Source of the DNA: Octopus bimaculoides
Lineage: Eukaryota
Length of the DNA: 64,000 bases
Direction of reading: 5' to 3'
Assembly (NCBI RefSeq): GCF_001194135.2
Contig: NC_068998.1
Location: 49,728,376-49,792,375 of the forward strand
The notes beneath the pieces are model-generated. The model made no database searches. It had not been told where the DNA came from and saw only the letters and a list, made by a program, of their open reading frames with translations. Position 1 is the first letter of the stretch. Each line of letters begins with the position of its first letter. The position numbers were made by a program, and so were the translations under genes. Shown in pieces: positions 51,400-62,619 of the stretch.

Positions 51400-52200
51400 C
51401 ATATATACATGTATGTGTGAGAGTGTGTGTATATAAATTCACGTTTTCTTTTTCAGTACAATGACCAAAGTAACAGTTTTGAAAACAATGCTGAGGTACG
51501 TTATGTTATTACTAATCATCTGTGTGTCACAACTCGACATCCAGTGATAGAGCCTCGATTTCATTGTAAGATATACATGCTGTTAATGTATACATACATG
51601 TATATATATACTGTATATGTATATGGTGCGTGTCTATGTGTGTGGATGTAAGATGAGTATTTAGGTGAGTAGTATTGCAAGGTATGGTTAAAGATTCTTC
51701 TAGACATATACATACTTGTGCCGTATGTATATATATCTATACATATACACATATACATATATGTATGTATATATAGAATGTATATATAAAATGCGGCGTC
51801 CTTTAAGTTACCTTAAGAGTCGATTAAAACGACTGATGCAGCTTAACTTTTATCTGAATAAATATGTAATTTTCGGTGAAATACTAGTCATATCGAAGTT
51901 AATATGTGCATTGGAGAAGCTGTGTTACTCTCAAATTAAATAATCTGAAATAGAAATTTTATATTAATTTCTTGTAAGACCCTAAGTCAACTATAGCCAA
52001 CACGACAACACTGTGATACAGTTATATTAACGTTACTTATATAAATTCTTATTTAGATATTAAATATACTGTAACATGTATTGTCTTCAAGCACTTAATG
52101 TACACATTTGAATGAACATATTTCTGGTCTTCTTTTGCAGGTCCATTTTCAGTCCGTATATGTTACTGCAATTATGGTGATGTTAAGCAATGTTATATGA
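46785..52200 (+). pseudogene. Gene G pseudogene: psi-exon 1 46785..46825 (MKTSVLFTSLLIF-G after removing one extra A; donor gtaagt is now aaaagt), psi-exon 2 47771..47865 (LALYD*GQTFKVHSTPSSRFSDINYSEEEIK), psi-exon 3 50302..50386 (IKRQNTVCLAFDACHKIQSFYVH*KYFF), stalk exon 51457..51495 (YNDQSNSFENNAE), last exon 52141..52200 (VHFQSVYVTAIMVMLSNVI*)
   Basis: Collinear homologs of every exon type in the correct order. Frameshift, stops, lost Cys and lost splice sites in the first three exons. Promoter motif at 46701. Confidence 0.7.
49537..49800 (+). mobile_element. SINE with tRNA-like head, (TAA)n spacer and Penelope-like 3' end
   Basis: ggcgtagtggttaagagcgcgggctac...gatcgattcc head; ctaatgaagcctgg...cagccgaaac tail. 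Confidence 0.65.
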
Positions 52201-52599
52201 ATAAAATATGTGCTGATTCAAATGTATATGTATTTCCTTGTTGTTTTTTTTTAATGGAATACTAGTTGGTTTATCTGCAAAATCGGCCACAATGTTTTTG
52301 AATACCTTGACTTCTGTTGCGTATTGTCTTATACGTACTGTCAATGTTTGAGATGTACCTTTCTGCACATAGTTTTTTATATCTTATGTATTGTTCAATG
52401 ACTACGCGTTTGTAGGTTTTCCGCAGTCTCTCCTATTTCAATATTTAACAAGACTGTAATATATGTATTGGATTCTCTAAGTCATGAACGAGAAATGATG
52501 GTTCAGTAAAAATAAAGCGGTAATCATGTTCTATGTACACACACTTGTATCATTTGCTTGCAAACATTATGGAAAATGGAACAAATTGAGGACTCAGTT

Positions 52600-52870
52600 T
52601 TCTCGAGTGCTTGTGGATCACTTACTATGTGTTTTCTTCAGAGGCTGACAAATCTGGCTTTCTTCCGTTCCATAAATCCACAATGATGGGCAAGGTTACC
52701 TTTTAAAGGAGCAGCGTTTTGCAAGAGTGCCTGCATGCTTTCACGAAGTTGGTCCTGATGTTGGAGTCGACTTTGATCAAAGGAGAAACAGGACCGGTAT
52801 CACGTCCTGTGTTCTGATGCTTCGTTTCCCCAGGATCAGAAGGGAATGTCTTTCGCTTCAGGTATTGGTG
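52600..52870 (-). mobile_element. Retroelement fragment
   Basis: Coding-like patch with no intact frame. Confidence 0.35.
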
Positions 52871-53220
52871 TATTAAACGAAAATAATAAAAAAAGAATAA
52901 TATACTTTCAAGTATTGTCGATATTATTATGATTATGAAAGCTAAATATAGCAAAAACGCATAGAAAGCATCAAACATAATGCATTGTCTGTTGTGATAG
53001 GACACTTGCTGCTGCAATATGAAACGTAATCTCTGCAGCAAAAGAAATGTATATCATGAAATTATTACCATTGCACTGCAGTCTTTCTTGATATTTTAGA
53101 GTATATATATATATATNNNNNNNNNNNNNNNNNNNNNNNNNNNNNNNNNNNNNNNNNNNNNNNNNNNNNNNNNNATCGACATTTTCGAATGGTAATACCA
53201 ACATGAATTAAAAAATCATC

Positions 53221-53273
<53 letters not shown>

Positions 53274-53899
53274 TAATAATAATGATAATAATCATAATTA
53301 AAATAGTATGGTATTACCATTCTCGTCAGTGCAAAAATTTAAAGTAAAACATCAAAAAAGGTATTAACAAAAGAGAATTAGAAGGAAGAACAAAGAGGCT
53401 ATGTCGGAGAAGCCGACTGGATATTTGTAAATAAATTGTAGAAGGGGGAAAAAGAAGAGATGCAGGTTCATGTAAATGTAGTTTCGAGTCTATCTGTTTA
53501 TGACACTATTTTAGTATTTTATATGGGATTTAATCTTATATGTGCCTACAGTGTTTTATATAGGATTTATTTTAAACATGCCTCTAACAAACTCTTTCCT
53601 TGTTGATTTCATATTTTAATTCCTTGCTATACCAGGCTATCATTTTGATATGATAAATATTTATTAGAAATATATCTTTTTGAATTCCCCAAAACATAGA
53701 GATTGGTTTCAATAATTATTCCAAGGTTCTCTGATATTATGAGATGTTGAAAATGGTTCATCTGAAGGAATAGAATATGGTTGTTTTATCCTAGCATTTC
53801 TTCCAAAATGCTTCAGTTCAAATTTTCCATCATTCAGCCGTATTTTGCTTTTGTCTGCCTATTGATTTTCAGATTATAGATCAGACTAGATTTCAATTC

Positions 53900-54660
53900 G
53901 GTCTTCTTATCGGTTTGATGATTTTCTGAAAGTAGGAGTCATTTGCTGTGTTTTATGACGCTTGACATGTCGTTTATATCGACTATAAATATAAGCGAAC
54001 CCAAGGCAGTCCCCTGCAGGACACCACTGGTGACTTTCGCCGGACTTGTGTGAATTCCACTGATCACAACATGTTGTGTTCTATTCTCGATGAAATACTT
54101 AATCCAGTGCTGTAGCTCTCCATAGACTCCAACATTTGACAATTTTGACAGTTGCATATTGTAGCTGACAAGAAGTTCCGTAAACGGCTAGGAATGGAAT
54201 GAACTGCATTCTGAAAGTCTTCCAGTCTGCGAGGCTTTGTCTTGTACACTTCCACTTTTGTGTAAACCCATAGGTGAAATTTACATGGAATGAGATCTGG
54301 ACTTCTTGGACTTCTGCGGTTACAGCCTTCAGGTTTTAGCTACTGCACTTTATGGGGTCTCAACGGACGAAAATTTAATTATTTATGCAACAGCGTACGT
54401 ATTGTGTGTCTTGTTAATCCACTTTGACGATTTGCTTGACGTATTGATTTTTTATGGGCAGCGAGTAAACATTTCCGGCACTGTTGCCACGTTCTCCGCT
54501 GATGTGGCTGGATGGCTAGCGCTCACTGAGCCCGTGGCCATTAGCTTTGAATGACAACATTTTATTGTTTCCGGACGTAGTATCACATGCCTACCTCTCC
54601 ATGCATCTTATGTGGTCCCTGGGGGAGCCATATAGACCCTAGTTGTAAACAACATTTGTA
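53900..54660 (-). mobile_element. CR1/L2-like LINE reverse transcriptase fragments
   Basis: Track ORF 53939..54157: WIKYFIENRTQHVVISG...VTSGVLQGTALGSLIFIVDINDM, matching RT motif GVPQGSVLGP. Confidence 0.8.
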
Positions 54661-54772
54661 ATATATTCTAATTACAATTTTCGTTAATAGCATGTGTTTA
54701 AGCGAAGTGAATTAAATTTAAATAGTATGATGTTTGTGGTTTTCGACTTTTTTTTTGTACAAATCTCTGCAT

Positions 54773-54968
54773 AAGTTTACTTGAAAAAAACTTTAATCCT
54801 CTTAATAGCATTTCCCTTCTTATAGTAGGAGATAGTTTACAATATCAGTATGTCTCTACAAAAAATGCAGGACCCTGAGGATATATCCATATCTCTCAAA
54901 AAAAAACCGTTCAAAATTTAATATATGTTCGCTATACAGATATAAACATATATATATATATCTATCTA

Positions 54969-55003
<35 letters not shown>

Positions 55004-55408
55004 ATATATATATATATATATATATNNNNNNNNNNNNNNNNNNNNNNNNNNNNNNNNNNNNNNNNNNNNNNNNNNNNNNNNNNNNNNNNNNNNNNNNNNN
55101 NNNNNNNNNNNNNNNNNNNNNNNNNNNNNNNNNNNNNNNNNNNNNNNNNNNNNNNNNNNNNNNNNNNNNNNNNNNNNNNNNNNNNNNNNNNNNNNNNNNN
55201 NNNNNNNNNNNNNNNNNNNNNNAAGTTTACTTGAAAAAAACTTTAATCCTCTTAATAGCATTTCCCTTCTTATAGTAGGAGATAGTTTACAATATCAGTA
55301 TGTCTCTACAAAAAATGCAGGACCCTGAGGATATATCCATATCTCTCAAAAAAAAACCGTTCAAAATTTAATATATGTTCGCTATACAGATATAAACATA
55401 TATATATA
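54773..55408. other. Exact ~185-bp duplication on both sides of an N gap (probable assembly artefact)
   Basis: 54773-54960 matches 55223-55408. Confidence 0.75.
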
Positions 55409-55649
55409 GGTATGTGGTATGTATATATACAGAGGAGAGATTACAACGGGGAAAAGAAATGTTACGTAAGAAACTTCACAAGCTTCACTAGCTTACAGCT
55501 GTTACTTAAATAAAATGTCATTGACTCTTAGCGGTGTACCTGCATATCATCCCATAGCTTATTCAGAGCCATGAATATGAATAGCACATTATTTTGGAAA
55601 CATACATTTTCGGTAAATACACTCACTGCCTAACGAACTATTGAAATAG

Positions 55650-56006
55650 GTATATATATATGGTAAGTACCTTGCTTAGCACGTTCAGTCCTATTCTGAG
55701 GCACCTTGGGCAAGTGCCTTCTACGTAGCCAAAAGCCTCGGGCGTTACCAAAGTATTGTGAGTGGATTTGGTAGACGGAAACTGAAAGAAACCCGTCGTA
55801 TAAACATACATATATGTGTGTGTGTGTGTGCGTGTATGTGTGTGTGCGTGTACGTGTGTGTATGTTTGTGTGTCTGTATTTGTCCCCGAACATCGCTTGA
55901 CAAACGTTGCTTTTATCTTTACGTCCTCTAGGCTTACACAGAATAAGTTCTGGGGTCGATTTGCATGTTTGTAGTCAAATGACTGAAACAAGTAAAAGAA
56001 TAAAAG

Positions 56007-56010
<4 letters not shown>
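55650..56010 (+). mobile_element. Composite SINE with (TG)n
   Basis: caccttgggcaagtgccttctac body; ggggtcgatttg...gtaaaaga tail. Confidence 0.7.
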
Positions 56011-56103
<93 letters not shown>

Positions 56104-56655
56104 TGAGTCTGGATCTGTATCTGTGTAAGTATGTATTATTCATACATATGTTTTTAGCTGATATGCGAAGTGTCTATTTCCCAACGATATTATTTTGCAT
56201 GTTTGTTTACATGCACATACATGCATGCATTCTGCATTTACATATTATAGGTATGTCACTCCTTTACTCTACTATACTGATTATGAAATAGATGTACATA
56301 TAGAAATAAAGGGGGTAACTATAAATTTGCTTTGTCATGTGTACTTATGTATCTTATGCGCATATGATTTATAATGTTAATATATGAAATATTTTATTCT
56401 CGTCTGCGCGATCATAAACTATACAAATTACATATTTTGTTCCAAATGTTGTCAGAATATAATAGACAATTAACTGCGTGATCATAAATAATTTTGAAAC
56501 CGTGAAATATATTGCAATAAACGCCCCATACGCTATAACGCTATAATACATATCAATCCATCAACTAAGGGAAAATATATGTGGGTATCACAGATAAATC
56601 AATGTCTAGTCGACATATACATCACCGCAAAATGAATTTACAAGGAGTCATCACA

Positions 56656-56692
56656 ATGAAATATTACTTTGTCTTAATTCTACTCATGGTTG
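56656..56692 (+). CDS. Gene H exon 1 (signal peptide)
   Basis: ATG AAA TAT TAC...GTT G|gtaagt. Confidence 0.85.
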
Positions 56693-56900
56693 GTAAGTCA
56701 TTATAGCAAACGATTCTGTTTTCATTTTTTTTTTCTTTTGCTAATTATTAGAATTAAATCTGTTCGCGTGGTTGAAACATTAACTTTTTTCTTCCTCTCT
56801 CTTTTGAAATCTTTCTTTTACTCTTTTACTACATCTCTCTCGTTCTATTTGGTGAAGATTTTTTGAGTTATCTTACCAATTATTTTTGTTGGTAGATAAT

Positions 56901-56937
<37 letters not shown>

Positions 56938-59900
56938 CTGTAACATATGTGACAATTATTGGGTACCCATGATAAAACTCCGAGTTACGGATGCCGGGGT
57001 GGAAACCCACGCCGCTATCTCTTCAGTTGTTTGGCCATTGAAAATTGCTATGGAAATGACGGGTCATTTATATATATATGTTATTGCGCTTTACGTAATT
57101 TGGATCCGGTGCTGAAAGGTGATGTTTCAACAAATCTTTTAGGGAATATAATTTCCAAAGATGTCAATTTGATGAATTGCAGCGATTTTAATAATTGACA
57201 ATATCGTAGTGTAAAAATAGTTTGGACATCTCTTGTGAAACTAAAGGTATCTATACGACAAATTCCTGTTTATCACTATACTATCAGTTATATAACTATT
57301 ACCGACGTGCAGGAATACCATATTTCGTTATCGAACGATAATATACTAGAAAGTATATTAAATGCTTTATAAGATAACACTGTTATTTATTCTGTTGGCA
57401 GTGATATTAAATCAATTGTTTATGTTATCTCTAGAGTTTTCTGCAGATTATTGCTAGTACTAATTTTCTTTACGATGTTTTGTATTCGAGACACCTGATG
57501 TAAAGAACAAAATGCAAATCTGTAGAGATAACCTTAACAAAATAATTAATGCTCATTAAGTTTATATTTGTTTGCCATGTGCATGATATAAACATATTGC
57601 ATATTTTGGTGGTAAATTTAAATAACGGATTATATCACTGAGAAAATCCTGTGGTTTATCTACCACGATTGATGTTATCTGATGCATTTGAAATAATCAC
57701 ATTTCCTATATAACACATCTATCAACAATGATGTGAGATGATGTTTATGAGTAGTTTTAAAAGCATATTCCTGAATTGGAGTAGGAAAAAGCATTCCATT
57801 TTTGTTTCCATTTGTGTTTTCTCTGTGTTTTCTGAAAGGTACAACGATTTCATACAAAAATTCAGAAAGACATTAGAGAATGTTCACTGCATAAGAATAT
57901 TTACTTTTAATTCTGTGTTCTGTTCGTAAAGCTTTCTCTCAGAGAACTACATATAAACAATGCTCACCCACACACACAAAACGGATTATATCACGGACAA
58001 AAAGATCCTGTGGTTTATCTACACACACATTTATACATGCAGACATAGGAACATACACACACACAGACACACACGTATACAAATAAAGAAAACACATAAA
58101 TGTTATTTAATATGCCACACAAATGCAGTAACTAAGGTATTCCTTTACTATAATTCACCGTATATCTATTGCATGGATTATTCAATGCCATATCTCGAAA
58201 TCACAAGCTATAATAATGTTTCAAATGTTTAGGTGATGTGATGTCCACCGATTGTATTTATTTAGCAGCCGAGACATGCCCTAAAGCCAATGTGAATTTT
58301 ACAATAATAAACCCTGAATTCTGCACGTATGTATGGCATCACATATACTTTTACCTCAGATATTATTATATTGTAATTACTTGATATCAAACCTATGCCT
58401 AACATTCCTTGCAGTCTTACACTTCTTCAAATAAATGTACTGAACTTCGTGAATGCAATTGACAGTAGTAATTAAGAGTTATCTTACATATGGATAAAAT
58501 AGTTAATAAATGCGATTTTTATCATAGTTTGAAGTTATTGTTAATAAATGTATTCCTGAATTGGTGTATGGAAAAGCATTCTGCTATGGCTTTTGTAAGT
58601 GTTCTACCTGTTATATGAAAAGTATAGTGACTTTCTCCATATATATTAAAATACTGTTGGTACTCCCGTTTATTTTATCCTGAATATTAAAGAATGTTTA
58701 TTCCGGCAAAATATTTATTATTGATACTGTATTTTGCATGCTATACATATTTGATAACTATTTTTTTGTCTTCCAGTGAGTACCTGAAACATCATAAATG
58801 TCTTCATGAAATACAGAATTCATGCGTTGATTTCTATGGCTACTTATATTACAATATATGTGTCGCGGTAGGAGCAATATTTCAATGAATCAAATATACA
58901 TAGGTTATCTGTTAAAATGAAACTTATTAAATTAAATTCGTTGATAGCATTCATTTTATATACATACATATATGTACGTGCGCGTGTGTGTGTGTATGCG
59001 CGTATATGTTTATATACGGTGTTTCCCTGGAAATGAGACCTACCATGATTTTTCAGGCTGTTTTTAATATAAGTACTACCCCGAAAATAAGACCTAGTCA
59101 GAAACGCATCAGCTTGTTAGCAAGAGCATGTGATGTTTGCAAAATAAGCGAACTACCGCAGCTTGGCTAAAGTCTGCGCTAAGCACGTATGCACGGAGTT
59201 GATTCCCTTGTACCCCAGGCAAGATAAATGTAAAGAGAGTCATTCTGTGGAGTACAAGAAAGGAATTGTGGAAGAGTCTCATAACAAAAATCTTACGGCA
59301 TTCTCTAAGGAGAAGATGTTGGATCTCCGAATGTTTAGAAAATAGCGAGAAGAGTATAATAATCTGTTAGGGGTGCGTCGCCAATTTACATTCCCTCCAC
59401 TGGCTACGAAAGTGCACGAGTTACATATATTTTGGCAGTTCGTCTCGATGGAAGTAAAACTCCTCCTTTAATCATCACCAAAGGCAAGAAGGATAGAATT
59501 GAAGGCGTTTCAGGCATCTGTGTTCTGGAAACTGAAAAGGCATGGTGTACACAGGCAGTTTTAAGGAAATGGATCGATTTCATGCTGCCATTGATTTTGC
59601 GAGGAAGCGAAAGAGGTATGATAGTTTGGGATTCAGCCAGCACGACCGCGCAAAAGACATGAAGAATTTCCTTGCAGAAAGGAGAATAGATCAAATCATG
59701 ATTCCCGCAGGAATGACTGTTTATCTCCAGACTCTTAATATTGCAATAAATAAACCATTCAAGGACAACTTACGCATGGAAATTAATGACTACATTGAAA
59801 GCAGAATAGTGAGAAATGAGAGTGGAAATTTTGTGAAGCCCAGACTACAAGAGATCGTGACTTGGGTGACAAATTCATGGAACAAAATCACAGACAGCTG

Positions 59901-61753
59901 TGTTGCCAATGCGCTACGAGCAGGCTACCTGGATAAAAACTTCTCATTCCACGAGACCTTTATTGCTTGACATGAGAAAATAGGAGCGAAAATTCTGCAG
60001 GAAATTGAGTTAAGCGAAAACTCCGCTGGAATTTTGGAAACCGATGACTTGCAAGACTTTCCAAAGGATGATGATATGATCGTGTTTGAATAAATTGTTG
60101 TTAATGAGTTTCTGAATAAAAAAATGTTAATGGTAAGTAAATGTAGATCGTTTATCGTAATTTCTGTTTATTTAGAAATCTCGGAATTTTTATTTTGTAA
60201 TTTCATTTTTTGATATATCAAAATAAGTCATCCCACGAAAATAAGCCCTAGTGTCATATTTCGGAGTGAAAATTAATATGAGCCCTGTCTTATTTTCGGG
60301 GAAATACGGTAGGTGTGTGTGTATGTGTACTGAACGTATTATCTTTGAAGAAGTGAGAGCGAGAGCTGGTCAACACCTTTCTACATTAAAAATTTCTGTT
60401 CACGCCATGTTTTCTGGCTCGTTACTTTCTGAACACAAATTCTGTCAAGATTGATTTAGTCTATAATCTTTCATAGCTATTAATATACATTCAAATAATT
60501 TTACAATCTGCATGATCTTTTATACTCAAAAGCTCTTGCTTTGTGCCAACATTTGAAAGGAATATATATTATCTGAAAGTGAACATTACATCGAAGAAAT
60601 ATAAATAAGCTACTTATTCTTAAAAAAAAAAAATGTTTCAATATTCACACAACACATCCTAATAATTCTCGTCCCACTGCAAGGGAAGGATTTATGTCTT
60701 TTACTCGTTCGTCGTGTATATTTTATAAGTTATTTAAATTGTTATTCCATCGCCTATATTGAAGATTGTTTCAGATTTTTAGAGTCTGTGGAATACTATT
60801 ATTTTAGCACAGACTGTTCATTTCAGGAATCTAAATACACGTAAACTTATCTATCATCCTTGAAAGTTTAGGAGAAGATGCGCACAAAATACAATAACCA
60901 ATAATGATTACTTTTACTGCATCATTTTCTTTTACAGTTAGTTGTATAATCCTGACTACAGCTTGTAGGTATATATAATATTTGCTTCTAATTTCTCCTT
61001 TGCGATACAAGTATGTTTGGGCAGGGGTCTAACCACAGAAAGGATGTAATGCAAAGTCAACATAATTTTTAATTTAATATCTGTGTTTGAACAGTATAAG
61101 AAAAACTGATATTGTAACAGGCATTTAAATATTCTAGACTTTAAACCTACCAGTGGCATATCATAGAGTTAATTCGTGCGAAGTACGAGATATGTATGAT
61201 AGTTTAAGTTGAAATGGTAAATGTATATTTGATTTTATAATGGTAATGAAATTATAATTGATTTAACATATTTTTCGGAACTTAGTTCTAACAAACTGCT
61301 GAAATTTTATTTCCAGTATGAGAGCTCCAGCGAAGAAAATAAGGTAATAATTTAAATTTCATTAGCTCAGTATCAAAATATGTTACAGTTGTAGATTCAA
61401 CGATAACACATTTACTTCACTATAGGTTATATAAATATTACGTCATTGTAATATGCGAAGAATACGATAATAATGACTCAAAATCATAACTTAAATGTGA
61501 TCCAAATTTTTCTGCTGGTGGCGTATTCCCATCCATGTTTATAAGTGGTTCACATTATTACATACGATCTCTGTCTTTTCAAAATTGGCTAGTGTTCTTC
61601 ACGTTTTTGCAACGAATCACAAACGGAAAATTATGGGGTGAGGTTAGCCTCATTCCTATTATGTGGGACCCACACTTAAAGATTCTGAACTTAAGTAATT
61701 TGATGCATATGCCTTCCAAATTTCGATTTGGATATTTGGGAACACCCGCGATA

Positions 61754-61816
<63 letters not shown>

Positions 61817-62364
61817 GACTAGACAATATAATATATAATACGTGTGTGTGTATGTGTCAGCATGTCTCTGAATGTGTGCGTGTGTGTATGTGCATGCATG
61901 CGTAAGTATTTGTATCCGCCCTTTTCTTTTGCTCAGTAATTTCAATATTCTATACAATCAAGTTCTATATTACAGCAATAAATTCTTGCATGTACTTACC
62001 ATTTCGCTATCCTAACGCTATCATTTGCAACCAGTAATCGTTAATCCCCCCGAATACTCATATTATATACATCGTAAATATTTCTTACATTAGTCTAGGA
62101 TATTGTAAATTATGTTGTTTAACGTTTAGTGGGATATACTTATAATAACAATTCCTCATAACATCGGATATATGGTATAATACCAGAATCGTAGGTAGTT
62201 TGTAAATTGTTCTGTTTATACTGAGCATTCATGCATATGAACACATACGAATTATTCATTTACATTTTTCTGCATTCTCTTTCAAGATTTCGTTCCGGTT
62301 CATGTTCGTTGCTGGAGCAGTGATTGTATTTGCAATGCATGATTACAACCTTTGGACACAATAA
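56656..62364 (+). CDS. Gene H: join(56656..56692,58233..58326,58777..58867,61317..61343,62287..62364). MKYYFVLILLMVGDVMSTDCIYLAAETCPKANVNFTIINPEFCTEYLKHHKCLHEIQNSCVDFYGYLYYNICVAYESSSEENKISFRFMFVAGAVIVFAMHDYNLWTQ*
   Basis: Open spliced frame with canonical sites; C-x7-C-x14-C-x8-C-x7-C-x11-C; N-glycosylation sequon NFT. The last exon is the most divergent. Confidence 0.8.
58233..58326 (+). CDS. Gene H exon 2
   Basis: atgtttag|GT GAT GTG...TTC TGC AC|gtatgt; 94 nt. Confidence 0.85.
58777..58867 (+). CDS. Gene H exon 3
   Basis: tttgtcttccag|T GAG...TGT GTC GCG|gtagga; 91 nt; lies within track ORF 58694..58888. Confidence 0.85.
59017..60309 (+). mobile_element. pogo/Tigger-like DNA transposon (DDE), near full-length but frameshifted, in gene H intron 3
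   Basis: TA-flanked TIRs (CGGTGTTTCCCTGGAAATGAGAC / GTCTTATTTTCGGGGAAATACGG); IPAGMTVYLQTLNIAINKPFKD and VWDS motifs. Confidence 0.85.
61317..61343 (+). CDS. Gene H stalk microexon YESSSEENK
   Basis: tttatttccag|27 nt|gtaata. Confidence 0.7.
62287..62364 (+). CDS. Gene H last exon ISFRFMFVAGAVIVFAMHDYNLWTQ*
   Basis: ttctctttcaag|ATT; hydrophobic stretch; AATAAA overlaps the stop. Confidence 0.6.
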   Translation: MSFRFMFVAGAVIVFAMHDYNLWTQ

Positions 62365-62489
62365 AATCTCCTACGAAATATTTGTGCTTTTTTTAATTAT
62401 TATTTGTCATAGTTACCTCATAGAAAGGATTAGTTATTTCGTTTATATTATAAACACCCAGTTTAGTTCAGGTAGTAAAAGTTCCACCA

Positions 62490-62560
62490 TTCCAATAAAT
62501 GTCATTTCGAATAAATATATTAAAAATAATCCTTTCTAAGAAGGCATGGGAGTTACTACA

Positions 62561-62619
<59 letters not shown>

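Noticed and set aside
18777-55261. Many long ORFs containing X runs and YI/HT/CV repeats
   Set aside because: Artefacts of N gaps and dinucleotide microsatellites.
54773-55408. Apparent tandem duplication
   Set aside because: Identical copies flank an N gap, typical of a scaffolding overlap artefact.
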